The notes: generated by a model not told the origin, from the letters alone. Positions 8,754-18,247 are shown, counted from the first letter of the stretch. The stretch is DNA of 64,000 nucleotides from an uncultured Gemmatimonadales bacterium (GCA_963810185.1 CAWEMJ010000007.1:836190-900189); one strand, 5' to 3'. Program-made: numbers and translations.

Positions 8754-10283
8754 TCAAGAGGCGGGCGGTTCAGGCAACTCCCGGGCGTACGCCGGGAACC
8801 GGGACCGCATCTCGCGCCCGAGCAATCCGCCGTGGCCGAGCCTGGCGATGGACTCCGCGGTGAAAGCCTCTCCCGTCATGAGGCGCGGGAGGAGCAGGTC
8901 GGCCGCCGTGGCCATGCTGAATGCGCTGCAGCGGGGCAGGCCCAGCAGTTGGGTGGCGCCCAGACGGCCGAGCCAGAGCATCGACCCTGGGTGGGCGGGT
9001 ACGCCGCGGCGGAATACCACACCGCCCAGTGCCTCAAGCGCCTCGAAGAGGGGGGCGAGCGGATCGCCGGCGGACACACCGCCGATCAACAGCAGGCCGA
9101 TGCGCTGCCGCACCGCGAGCTCCTCCAGCGCTTCCCGCGCGGCGGCTGCGGCGCTCGCAGGCACTGCTCCGCCAATATCCCGCAGTCCCAGAAAGCTTCC
9201 CCCGAGCGATTCCGCCCGCAGCCTCGATGCCGCCTCGAATCGCCCGCGGGCGTCGGGGGACAGCGTCTCCGCGACGATGGCCGCCACCGTGACGCCGGGG
9301 TACGACCGAACCTCGAGGAGCGGGGCGAATTCGTGCGCCAGCCGGGCCCCTTCCTTCACCGCGTCCTTTTCGACCACGTGGGGAGCGACCTTGACGCTCG
9401 CCACCAGCTCTCCCACCTCGACCGGCTGGTGGTTCCAGCGAGTGAAGAGCTCGAGCGGATCCACCGCGTTGATGCGCGCGAGCCCCTCGAGGGAAATGGT
9501 CAGCACCCCGCGGTGCTGCGCGACCAGGTCGACGCGCCCTTGACGCACCGGGCCGAGGCCGATCCCAGGGCCAGCCGAGGCGGTCGCGAGGGTCTCGGCG
9601 GCGTCCGCCTCGTGGAGCTCATGGGAACCGACCCACGCCAGGCGTAGCGGGGCGGCGAGCGTGCCAGCGCTGGCTGCTTCGCGGAGGGCAGCGGCCTCGG
9701 CTGTGCTCAGGCGATGACCCTTGAGGAGTGCCCGGCCTCCCAGGTCAATGCCGACAAGCAGGACCGCGCCGCCAACCATTTCCGCCGGAAGGGCGAGCAG
9801 TTCCGCCGACGTGAGGATGTAGGCGCCGCTGCGGGGGGCCGCGGCGGCCCGCTCCGCCACGTTGGTCCAGAACTTCTCGGTGAATTGCCGGAGGGTGTCC
9901 TCGATCATGCCGCGCCCGAACTTGGCCAGCATGCCGTGGACGCCGGTCACCGAGGTCCAGGTGAGGCGCGTCCGCTCCGTTCCGAGCGCCTCGAGCCGGA
10001 CCAGGGTCTCGACGTCGAGCGTCGAGCCGGGCGCGGTCCCAGTGGCCCGGAGGCGAAGGCTCTCCGGGTGGACGAGGTCGTGCAGCTCCGCTTCGAGGAC
10101 GACATGCGCCCGCACCAGCCCGGAGCCCACGCTGCACTTGACCGAGTAGCGGCCCGGCCCGCGGATCTCGAACGTCTCCGTGCCAGGGGTGCAGGCCGCC
10201 ATCATGTCGCCGTCCTGCAGGTGCCGCCAGACTGCCTCGCGCGGCGAATCGAGCTCGGGTGCCCCACCGAATTCAAAGATCAT
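8754..10283 (-). CDS. Fusion of a CoxG-like SRPBCC domain with a MoeA/MogA-type molybdopterin-binding (MoCF) domain
   Basis: The N-terminal ~145 aa are CoxG-like (FEFGGAPELDSPREAVWRHLQD...). The C-terminus carries LLLIGGVSAGDPLAPLFEAL...GVPAHPGSMLWLG, typical of the MoCF biosynthesis domain. The ATG overlaps the mocA stop (ATGA). Confidence 0.7.
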   Translation of the reverse strand: MIFEFGGAPELDSPREAVWRHLQDGDMMAACTPGTETFEIRGPGRYSVKCSVGSGLVRAHVVLEAELHDLVHPESLRLRATGTAPGSTLDVETLVRLEALGTERTRLTWTSVTGVHGMLAKFGRGMIEDTLRQFTEKFWTNVAERAAAAPRSGAYILTSAELLALPAEMVGGAVLLVGIDLGGRALLKGHRLSTAEAAALREAASAGTLAAPLRLAWVGSHELHEADAAETLATASAGPGIGLGPVRQGRVDLVAQHRGVLTISLEGLARINAVDPLELFTRWNHQPVEVGELVASVKVAPHVVEKDAVKEGARLAHEFAPLLEVRSYPGVTVAAIVAETLSPDARGRFEAASRLRAESLGGSFLGLRDIGGAVPASAAAAAREALEELAVRQRIGLLLIGGVSAGDPLAPLFEALEALGGVVFRRGVPAHPGSMLWLGRLGATQLLGLPRCSAFSMATAADLLLPRLMTGEAFTAESIARLGHGGLLGREMRSRFPAYARELPEPPAS

Positions 10284-10894
10284 CGCGGAGGCGAATCGAG
10301 TCGGGACAGGTCGGCGGGGGTATCCACGTCCGGATTGGCGCCGTCCACGTCGACATGGACCACCAGGCCGGGCGTGTTCGACAGCACGTGGCCAAGGCCC
10401 TGGTCTCCGGTCAGCCGTTCGGCAAGACCCCAGACGTCGCGGTCGAGGAGCACAGGGTGTCCCGGCTCGTCCGGAGTGGCCGCGTACCTCGGCCGGACCA
10501 CGGCCCCGCCGCCCAGCTGCCAGGCGCGGACCACTTCCTCAGCCGCCTCCGCGGGGCCGGAGGGCTGGTCGGCGAGGAAAATGAGGGCGGCATCGGGCTG
10601 TGGCCGGAGCGCGACCAGCGCGCGGAGCCCGAGTTGCAGGGACTGCGCCATCCCTGCATTCGTGTGTTCGCTCCAGATTACCCGCACTCCCGCCTGGCGA
10701 AGCAGTCCGGCGGCCTGCTCGTCCCCGTCCCGCACCACTGCTGTGGCACCCGACACCACGCCCCGGTCACGGAGGCTCGTGATGGTGGCGAGCACGTGAC
10801 TCAGCAGGGGGCGGCCGCGCCAGCGCGCCAGCAGCTTGTTGCTGCCAAACCGGGTCCCGGTCCCTGCGGCGAGGAGGAGCGCATGCGGAAGCAT
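10280..10894 (-). CDS. mocA: Molybdenum cofactor cytidylyltransferase-like nucleotidyltransferase
   Basis: N-terminal LLAAGTGTRFGSNKLL signature of MobA/MocA-type nucleotidyltransferases. It is translationally coupled to the downstream CoxG fusion. Confidence 0.75.
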   Translation of the reverse strand: MLPHALLLAAGTGTRFGSNKLLARWRGRPLLSHVLATITSLRDRGVVSGATAVVRDGDEQAAGLLRQAGVRVIWSEHTNAGMAQSLQLGLRALVALRPQPDAALIFLADQPSGPAEAAEEVVRAWQLGGGAVVRPRYAATPDEPGHPVLLDRDVWGLAERLTGDQGLGHVLSNTPGLVVHVDVDGANPDVDTPADLSRLDSPPR

Positions 10895-10937
10895 GCCTGA
10901 AAATAGCCGGGAACCGCGCGGTCCCGCGCGGCCGCGT

Positions 10938-11966
10938 TCAGCGGATGGCTAGGTAGGTGAGCCCGGCGATGGCCGCGCTCATCGGGATGGTGAGGATCCA
11001 GGCCCAGACAATCGTGCCTGCCACGCCCCAGCGCACGGCGGAGAGGCGATTGGCCGCGCCCACGCCGACGATGGCGCCGGTGATGGTGTGCGTCGTGCTG
11101 ACCGGCACCCCGAGGGAGGAGGCGAGCAAGACGGAAATGCCGCCGGCGGTCTCGGCGCAGAATCCGCCGAAGGGGCGGAGCTTGGTGATGCGGGTGCCCA
11201 TGGTCTTCACGATTCGCCAGCCGCCCATCGCGGTGCCGAGGGCGATCGCGGTGTGCGCCATCAGCACCACCCACATCGGGATGGTGTCGGCGTTTGGAAG
11301 GTAGAGATGGTGCAGCCAGCCGGTCTGTTCCAGGAAGAGCGCCTGCGTGGCCACCAGGAGCCCGACGATGATGCCCATCGTCTTCTGCGCGTCGTTGGCG
11401 CCGTGGCTCAGGGAGTAGAGCGCGGCGGAGACGAGCTGCAGTCGCCGGAAGAGCTTGTCCATCGGGCCGGGGCTCTGCTTCCGGAGCGCCCAGGAGAGGG
11501 CCACGGTGAGCCCGAGGGCCAGGGCCATGCCGAGCATCGGCGAGATGACGATGAAGAGGATCGGCTTGATCCATCCGGAGGCGATGATCGCCCCCGCGCC
11601 CGCCTTGGCCACCGCGGCGCCGCCGTACCCGCCGAGGAGCGCGTGGCTCGACGAACTGGGAAGGCCGAGCCACCAGGTGATGAGGTTCCAGGCGATGGCG
11701 CCGAGCAGGGCCGCGAGAATGACGTTCGCATCCACCGCGGAGGGGTGGATCAGGCCCTTGCCGATGGTCTTGGCGACGGCGGTCCCCACCACGAAGGCGG
11801 CGACGAAGTTGAAGAAAGCCGCCCAGAACACCGCCACGCCGGGGGAGAGCACCCGGGTGGACACGACCGTGGCGATGGAATTCGCGCTGTCGTGGAAGCC
11901 GTTGATGAAGTCGAAGACCAGCGCCACGCCGATGATGGCGAGGACGAACCCCACAGACGCGTCCAT
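10938..11966 (-). CDS. PiT-family inorganic phosphate transporter
   Basis: Duplicated PiT signatures GFHDSANSIAT and HGANDAQKTMG in a polytopic membrane profile. Confidence 0.9.
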   Translation of the reverse strand: MDASVGFVLAIIGVALVFDFINGFHDSANSIATVVSTRVLSPGVAVFWAAFFNFVAAFVVGTAVAKTIGKGLIHPSAVDANVILAALLGAIAWNLITWWLGLPSSSSHALLGGYGGAAVAKAGAGAIIASGWIKPILFIVISPMLGMALALGLTVALSWALRKQSPGPMDKLFRRLQLVSAALYSLSHGANDAQKTMGIIVGLLVATQALFLEQTGWLHHLYLPNADTIPMWVVLMAHTAIALGTAMGGWRIVKTMGTRITKLRPFGGFCAETAGGISVLLASSLGVPVSTTHTITGAIVGVGAANRLSAVRWGVAGTIVWAWILTIPMSAAIAGLTYLAIR

Positions 11967-11968
11967 GG

Positions 11969-12589
11969 TCAGGCGTGCTTGATGAAGATGGACTCGAGCA
12001 CGTTGGCGACATCCTCGGCGTAGTCGAGGGTCTTCTCCAGCGTGTCGTAGATCTCCTTCCAGCGGATGACCAGCAGAGGTTCCGGGTCTCCCTTGAACAG
12101 CTCACCCAGCCACTGGTGATAGATGGCGTCGCCGTCCTCCTCCATCCCCTTCACCGCGACGCAGGCCGTGAGGACCTCTCCATGCTTCGACTTGTCCAGG
12201 TGCTTCACGCCGATCAGCAGCTGCTCGGTGGCGCCGACGATGGTCTCGGCGAGCAGGATGGCGCCCTTCGGGGCGTTGCCGGCGTGGAACACCTGCACCT
12301 TCCGCGCGCAGCCGTCCATCAGGTCCATCACGTCGTCGAGCCGCGACGCCAGCATGTGGATGTCTTCGCGGTCGAGGGGGGTGATGAAGGAGCGGTCGAG
12401 TCGCGTCACCACTTCGTGGGTGATGAGGTCGGCCTCGTGCTCCAGCCGCTTGATCGACTCCACGATCGGGAGTCGCCGGTCCATTTCGGTGCCCAGGAGG
12501 ACATGAAGCTGCTTGGCGGCTTCGACGTTGAGGGTGGCGACCTTGGTGAAGAGGTCGAAGAAGCGTTCGTCCCGCGGCAGGAGGCGCAT
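11969..12589 (-). CDS. DUF47 / PhoU-like phosphate transport regulator
   Basis: Starts MRLLPRDERFFDLF and is a helical-bundle protein. It sits 2 nt upstream of pit, the classic DUF47-PiT pairing. Confidence 0.85.
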   Translation of the reverse strand: MRLLPRDERFFDLFTKVATLNVEAAKQLHVLLGTEMDRRLPIVESIKRLEHEADLITHEVVTRLDRSFITPLDREDIHMLASRLDDVMDLMDGCARKVQVFHAGNAPKGAILLAETIVGATEQLLIGVKHLDKSKHGEVLTACVAVKGMEEDGDAIYHQWLGELFKGDPEPLLVIRWKEIYDTLEKTLDYAEDVANVLESIFIKHA

Positions 12590-12702
12590 TGCAACGTCCC
12601 GGTGAGGTTCAGGTAACGAATTGCTGGGCGGGAAGATAAGGAGGGTGGCGACCGCCGCAAGACGTGCCGGCCAAGCGTTCCTCGGAGGAAGAAACGGTAA
12701 GC

Positions 12703-13350
12703 CTAAGCGCCGAGCAGAGTTACCAGTTCGTGCGGGTGGTGAAGCCAGTGGTCCGGAGTGGCAGGTTCGAGGTCCAGGCGCCCGAAGGGGCCCCAGAGGA
12801 CGGCGGCGGTACGGACCCCGGCGCTCCGGCCGGAATGCATGTCGTGAATACTGTCACCAACGTAGATCGTGGTGGCCGGGTCGGCCCCGAGCTGGGCGAC
12901 GGCCAGGTCCACCGGTTCGCGGTGCGGCTTGGGATTGGTGACGTCATCGGCTCCGATGACCACATCCATCGCGTCGTCCAGGCCGGCCAGCCGGAGTCCG
13001 CGAAAGGCCCCCACCCGGTTCTTGCTGGTGACGATGCCTGTGCGGCATCCAGCGGCGCGGACGGCGCGGACCATCTCCACCACGCCGGGATAGACGGTCA
13101 CCCGGCTGTCATGGTGGAAGATGTTGTAGTCGCGGTAGGTGGCGATCATTGCCTCCATCTGGGGCTCGTCGTGGGCCCACTCCGCAAACTGCACCCGGAG
13201 GGGGGTGCCGATTCCATCGAGCCACTCCTGGTCGGAGCGCGGCGGGAGGCCGTGCACCTCGAGGGTGTGGTGGTAGGAGTCGATGATGAGCTGGATCGAG
13301 TCGATGAGGGTCCCGTCGAGGTCGAACAGGACAGTATTGAGCGGTGGCAT
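12703..13350 (-). CDS. HAD-superfamily phosphatase (PGP/PpaX-like)
   Basis: HAD motif I FDLDGTLIDS, motif II VTSK and motif IV VGDSIHDM. Confidence 0.8.
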   Translation of the reverse strand: MPPLNTVLFDLDGTLIDSIQLIIDSYHHTLEVHGLPPRSDQEWLDGIGTPLRVQFAEWAHDEPQMEAMIATYRDYNIFHHDSRVTVYPGVVEMVRAVRAAGCRTGIVTSKNRVGAFRGLRLAGLDDAMDVVIGADDVTNPKPHREPVDLAVAQLGADPATTIYVGDSIHDMHSGRSAGVRTAAVLWGPFGRLDLEPATPDHWLHHPHELVTLLGA

Positions 13351-13549
13351 GGGGGAATAACGTAGTGGGGGTGGGGACTGGCGGCTACCGGGCCGACCCG
13401 GGTTGGATTGAGGCGCGGGGGGTCTTGCGGCTGGGTCCGATAGGCGCGATATCAGCTAGGTAGGGTCCGTTCCGATATTGGACAACAAGCAGAGGCTGTC
13501 AGTTCCTGCCGGGGCGCGGCTGTTGTCTGAATTTTTCCGAGGTGACCGC

Positions 13550-14074
13550 ATGAGCGCACCCGCCCTCCTCTTGGCCTGTGCCACCCTTTTGCTGACTGCG
13601 GCGTGCACGCGAGAGGACCCTGTGTCCGTGCTTGAAGTCACGACCACCGTGTCGCCGGCCGTGGCCTCGATGGCCCGGGACACCTCGGGTGTGTTGGTCA
13701 CCGTCCGGGTCCACAACCCCTTGCCGCGGGCCGCACGAATACGGATCAGGCCCGGGCGTTACCTCCGCGCGAACCCAGACATCGGCGTCTACAACGATTC
13801 GACTGGCATGAGCTGGGGCATCGGCCCCGCGGTGCATATCACGGGCGTGGATTCGGCGCACGCAGATTACTCGAGCCTCATTCCCATCGGGCTTCCCGGG
13901 TCGGGAAGGATCGTGACGTTCGATTCCGGTGCGACTTCAGACTTTTCCGTTTCACTTTCGATCGTCTCGATTGAGATTGACAATAGGCCCGACCTCGTGC
14001 CCGGACGCTACAAGCTGACCGGGAGCTACGGCTCCAATCAGAGCGGGAGCATCGAACTTCTGGTGACGCCGTGA
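13550..14074 (+). CDS. Lipoprotein, tandem paralog 1 of 3
   Basis: Internal ATG at 13550 gives a signal peptide with lipobox LLTAAC. The mature N-terminus is CTREDPVSVLEVTTTVSP. It is a beta-rich ~155-aa domain shared with the next two ORFs. Confidence 0.6.
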   Translation: MSAPALLLACATLLLTAACTREDPVSVLEVTTTVSPAVASMARDTSGVLVTVRVHNPLPRAARIRIRPGRYLRANPDIGVYNDSTGMSWGIGPAVHITGVDSAHADYSSLIPIGLPGSGRIVTFDSGATSDFSVSLSIVSIEIDNRPDLVPGRYKLTGSYGSNQSGSIELLVTP

Positions 14075-14610
14075 TCTGCAAGTCACACCGGCGCACGCTT
14101 CTCCTGGCATGCGTGCGTCTCCTCGCGCTTGCTGGCCTGCCGGTTGTGACCGGGTGCACCCGCGACGATCCGGTCTCCGTGCTTGAAGTCACGACCACCG
14201 TGTCGCCGGCCCTGGCCTCCATCGCGCGCGACACGCTTGGTGTGCTGGTGACGGTGCAGGTCCGGAACCCCCTTGAGCGGTCCGTGCGAGTGGTGACGAG
14301 GCCGGGCAGGTCCCTCAGGCCGTTGGGAGGCGCGCTCGGCGGGGGCGCCGCCGATAGCTGGGGCGCAGGTTTCGAGATATTGGTCGTACCACTTGATTCG
14401 AGCGGGCCCGGAAGATCGGATTGGCTCAATGCTGCCCCAAGGGGCAGGACTTTCCGCTTCGCCCCTGGCCAGGTCCTGAGCGACACTTTCAGGCTCGTGC
14501 TCAGGGCCACGGACGGAAAGAAGCCTCACTTACGGCCGGGGCGGTTCGTGATTTGGGGTAGTTGGAATACGAACGAAGGCAAGCCGGTTGAAATCGAGGT
14601 CGTGCCGTGA
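14071..14610 (+). CDS. Lipoprotein, tandem paralog 2 of 3
   Basis: GTG start overlaps the stop of paralog 1 (GTGA). Lipobox VVTGC, mature N-terminus CTRDDPVSVLEVTTTVSP. Confidence 0.6.
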   Translation: MICKSHRRTLLLACVRLLALAGLPVVTGCTRDDPVSVLEVTTTVSPALASIARDTLGVLVTVQVRNPLERSVRVVTRPGRSLRPLGGALGGGAADSWGAGFEILVVPLDSSGPGRSDWLNAAPRGRTFRFAPGQVLSDTFRLVLRATDGKKPHLRPGRFVIWGSWNTNEGKPVEIEVVP

Positions 14611-15161
14611 GCCGAGCAGCAATCAAGGCAGTCCGTGTGAGATGTCCCCCGCTTGTGGCCGCCTGTGTCTCTCTGTCTTTCGTGGTCGCGTGCTCGCGCG
14701 ACGATCCAGTCTCAGTACTCAAAGTCACCACGACAGTCACGCCGACTGAGGCCTCGATCGCGCGTGACACGCAGGGGGTTCGCGTCACGATCGAGATACG
14801 GAACCCGCTTCAGCGCGCGGCGCGGGTGGTTGTTCGGCCGGGCCGAACTCTCGGTCGGGAGCAACGCTTTAGCATGTTCAGTGAATCAGCGGCGGATAGC
14901 TGGGGCGCGGGGCCTGCGCTGTGGGTGTTGTCGCGAGATGTGACCAGCGATTCTGACGCCAGATTGATCCCGATCGGGCCCCTTCCCCCGGGGAAGACCA
15001 TGACGTTCGAGCCGGGTCAATCGATCAGGTACGACTACACCCTGCAATTCAAGCCGGTCGGAGAAGATAGCGTCCCCGAACTCGTGCCGGGTCGCTTTGT
15101 CGTTCGTGGCCAGTGGAACACGATTGGGAGCCCTGGAGTAGAGATCGAGGTCACCCCGTGA
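14607..15161 (+). CDS. Lipoprotein, tandem paralog 3 of 3
   Basis: GTG start overlaps the stop of paralog 2 (GTGA). Lipobox FVVAC, mature N-terminus CSRDDPVSVLKVTTTVTP. It shares the C-terminal pattern PGRF.V.G.W......VEIEV.P. Confidence 0.6.
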   Translation: MSRAAIKAVRVRCPPLVAACVSLSFVVACSRDDPVSVLKVTTTVTPTEASIARDTQGVRVTIEIRNPLQRAARVVVRPGRTLGREQRFSMFSESAADSWGAGPALWVLSRDVTSDSDARLIPIGPLPPGKTMTFEPGQSIRYDYTLQFKPVGEDSVPELVPGRFVVRGQWNTIGSPGVEIEVTP

Positions 15162-15279
15162 GTCGGGTGGCGACCAGCGCGCCCAATGAGCTTCGCCGCG
15201 GAACAGGGGACATGCCAACGGGACCCTTGCTGCCGCGCGTCCGCGGCCGAGCAATCGCGCTGTGCTTGGTTGACGCCCA

Positions 15280-17193
15280 GTGACCTCAAGCCCAGTGGAG
15301 GGGGAGCTCCGGGCACTCCGATCGGCGGTCGCCGGTCGGTACTCCATCGAGCGGGAACTCGGCCGCGGTGGCATGGGTGTCGTGTACCTGGCCCGGGATG
15401 TTTCACTCGATCGACCTGTCGCCATCAAAGTGCTCCCCCAGTACCTGGCCCTCGTGCCACGGCTACGCGAGCGCTTCATCCGCGAGGCCCAGACTGCAGC
15501 GCGGCTCTCCCACCCGAATATCGTCCCCATTTTCGCCGTGGAGGAGATTGATCCCTTCGTCTTCTTCGTCATGGCCTTCATTCCTGGGGAAACGCTCGCT
15601 GAGCGCGTCACTCGCGTGGGGCCGCTCGAACCGGCGCCCGCCGTGAGGGTTGTTCAGGAAGCGGCGTGGGCTCTCGCGTACGCGCACCGGCAGGGCGTTG
15701 TCCACCGCGATGTGAAGCCCGATAACATTCTGCTTGAGGACCTGAGTGGCCGCGCCATGCTGACCGACTTCGGCATCGCGAAGGTCACGGACGAGGAATC
15801 CGTGACTGCTGCCGGCGAGATTCTTGGCACTGCACGGTACATGAGCCCCGAGCAGGCCGGAGGTGATCCGCTTGACGGGAGGAGCGATCTCTATTCGCTT
15901 GGAGTGACCGCGTTCTTCGCGCTGACCGGCCGGACTCCGTTTGAGGCATCCACGCCAGCGGCGCTTTTAGTGGCCCACCTGCAAGAAATGCCTCCTCCGC
16001 TTGGTGCCATTCGCTCCGAACTACCACAACGCCTCACCGCAGTCGTGGATCGCTGCCTCGCGAAGTCTCCCGGCGCACGTTTCGCGACGGGAGAGGAGCT
16101 CGCCGAGGCCGTGGGCGAGGCCAAGTCGTCCAGCCTCGATGTTCCCGAGGTGATTCGGCGACTCCAACTGGAAATCGAGACCCTCGTCGGCGAGACCGGA
16201 GGCCTGCTTCTCCTCAGCGCCCTTATCCTGTTGTCCGAATTCGCGCCAGCGCTGGGTGGTGAAGAGAGCTTCACGAACTTCTTCGATAGCATCTACCGCA
16301 CCGCATTGCTAGTGCTGATCACGGTGTTGTGGCTTGTCCGAAGCAGCTCCGTGGTCTGGCAAGCGCGATCGGTCCTCAGCGATGGTTTCAGGAAGGCGGA
16401 GGTGGTGGCGGCTCCCTGGATTCCTGAGAACGCACGGTCAACGGCAGTGGCCTGGCCGGTGTACGTCGGCGCCACCCTGTTGCTCGCGGCGGGATGGTTG
16501 TTCAGGCCGAAGCTGGTCGAACTCCTTGGCGATTCGTTTGTGTTTGATGTGGCACTCGTGGGAGGAGCACTTATTGTCGGGCGCACGCTCTTTGGCCGGA
16601 TCCTTCGGAGCGCCCGGCGACATTGGACTGCCAGCCTCGGTCGTTGGCTCACTCGGGCAGCGCTCTGGGTGGGTGACCTCGGCCTGCGGCCAGGCCGAGG
16701 TCGGTCGACGGGGAACGCGGACCCGACCGAGGTGCTGCTCCACCACGCCGCGACCGGGCTGTTCGGCGCGTTGCCCAAGGGCATCCGAGATCAGGTCCCT
16801 GACGTTCCTCGACTCGTGGCTCGTCTGGATGCGGCGGCGCAGGCGCTGCGGCAGCGTGAGGCACTGCTCGCTTCTGCTGTCGCCCAGGCGGGGGTGGGGG
16901 CGGGGTCAAGGTCGGACACCGCGGTCGCGGTGCGTCGTGGAGAGTTGGTGGCCGATATGGAATCAGAGCGGAAGCGAATCCGGGCTCGCTTGGCGAGTAC
17001 GGTGGCCACACTCGAGAACATCCGGATCGGGCTGCTCCGATTGAGCGCGGGACTCGGGACACCCTCGGACCTGACTCCCGATCTGGAGGCGGCTCGCGAG
17101 ATTGGTGAGCGCATCGATGCGGTCCTGGCCGGACACGCCGAGGTGGAGCAGTTGCTTCGCGTTGAATCGCTCGATGGGAGCAAGTCCGAATAG
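15280..17193 (+). CDS. Membrane-anchored Hanks-type Ser/Thr protein kinase
   Basis: Kinase motifs GRGGMGVVYLARD, VAIKVL, HRDVKPDNILL, DFGIA and GTARYMSPEQ. Several hydrophobic helices and a coiled-coil-like tail follow. The start is GTG. Confidence 0.85.
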   Translation: MTSSPVEGELRALRSAVAGRYSIERELGRGGMGVVYLARDVSLDRPVAIKVLPQYLALVPRLRERFIREAQTAARLSHPNIVPIFAVEEIDPFVFFVMAFIPGETLAERVTRVGPLEPAPAVRVVQEAAWALAYAHRQGVVHRDVKPDNILLEDLSGRAMLTDFGIAKVTDEESVTAAGEILGTARYMSPEQAGGDPLDGRSDLYSLGVTAFFALTGRTPFEASTPAALLVAHLQEMPPPLGAIRSELPQRLTAVVDRCLAKSPGARFATGEELAEAVGEAKSSSLDVPEVIRRLQLEIETLVGETGGLLLLSALILLSEFAPALGGEESFTNFFDSIYRTALLVLITVLWLVRSSSVVWQARSVLSDGFRKAEVVAAPWIPENARSTAVAWPVYVGATLLLAAGWLFRPKLVELLGDSFVFDVALVGGALIVGRTLFGRILRSARRHWTASLGRWLTRAALWVGDLGLRPGRGRSTGNADPTEVLLHHAATGLFGALPKGIRDQVPDVPRLVARLDAAAQALRQREALLASAVAQAGVGAGSRSDTAVAVRRGELVADMESERKRIRARLASTVATLENIRIGLLRLSAGLGTPSDLTPDLEAAREIGERIDAVLAGHAEVEQLLRVESLDGSKSE

Positions 17194-17219
17194 GTCGCAG
17201 GGCCCCCGTCACCCCCGCG

Positions 17220-17600
17220 CTACTCCTCCCCGTCCTCGCTGGTGCAGTTGTCCGGATTCTGGCAGAGTGCCGCGATCGCGACGACCAAGCCGACTGCGAG
17301 GACCACCGTGAGCCCCGTCTTGGCCACGCTCTTCTTCCTGACCTCCACCTTGCTGATATCCGCCAGGGCGAGGAACACCCACCCCGTGTCCGGCACCGCC
17401 CCGCCGACCAGCGTGTCGTTGTGCACCCGCGGATCCTGCAGCTCGAACTTCTCGCCCTCCAGCGTCGTGACGCGCATGAGCGCCGGCGGCGTATCCGTGC
17501 CGGTCAACTCGGGCAGAGGTGTCTTCGTCGCAGTCCAGTAGACGCAGGACGGCAGGTACAGCGTCAGCAGCAGGGCCGCGACCACTCGACGTCTCGGCAT
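17220..17600 (-). CDS. Small hypothetical lipoprotein
   Basis: ATG at 17600 gives MPRRRVVAALLLTLYLPSC (signal plus lipobox-like Cys) and a C-terminal hydrophobic helix. No family recognised. Confidence 0.45.
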   Translation of the reverse strand: MPRRRVVAALLLTLYLPSCVYWTATKTPLPELTGTDTPPALMRVTTLEGEKFELQDPRVHNDTLVGGAVPDTGWVFLALADISKVEVRKKSVAKTGLTVVLAVGLVVAIAALCQNPDNCTSEDGEE

Positions 17601-17689
17601 GGCCTTTCCCCCATTAAGAACCGGAAACGGACAAGGGCGCATCGCTTGTCGCGATGCGCCCCTGCAGGTTTCCGAATTCCGGAGCTAGC

Positions 17690-18133
17690 TCACGGAGCCT
17701 TGGTGGCCGTCGTGATGAGATTCAGGGTCGAGTCGGCGCCCGCCGTCACGTAGTGAGCCACCATCGGCCCGGTCAGCTGGCCGTTGACGAGGCGCAGGAC
17801 GCCCGTGGTGGATACCTGGGTGCCTGGACGCAAGACGCTCTCGTACGGGCCCGCCCCGGTGATGAGGCTGTCACCCGACACAGAGACGTTGAACGGCATC
17901 GTGTCGCGGCCCGGCAGGATGATCATCCACGCCAAGGGGTCGGCCGAAGCGATGATCGTGGAGGTGACCAGTATGCTGTCGCTCCCTGGCGCGGTCGTCA
18001 CGGAGGTCCATGTTCCCGTCAGGTCGGCCAGATTGATCGATGGGGCCGCCGGCATGTCCGCGGCGGGCGGTGTTTCAGGCTTGGCGCAGGCCGCGACCAA
18101 GACGGTGCTCAAGACGAGCGCAATGCGACGCAT
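17690..18133 (-). CDS. Hypothetical lipoprotein
   Basis: ATG at 18133 gives MRRIALVLSTVLVAAC (lipobox). The mature domain is beta-rich. Confidence 0.5.
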   Translation of the reverse strand: MRRIALVLSTVLVAACAKPETPPAADMPAAPSINLADLTGTWTSVTTAPGSDSILVTSTIIASADPLAWMIILPGRDTMPFNVSVSGDSLITGAGPYESVLRPGTQVSTTGVLRLVNGQLTGPMVAHYVTAGADSTLNLITTATKAP

Positions 18134-18247
18134 TACATCCTCACAGGTGTGAAAAGAGTGGTTTCGAGAGCACGGGCGCACCAATGCGACCGCTAACCTA
18201 GTGCCCCGGCGCAAGATGGCAAGTCGGGACCGGTCAGGACGGTCGGA

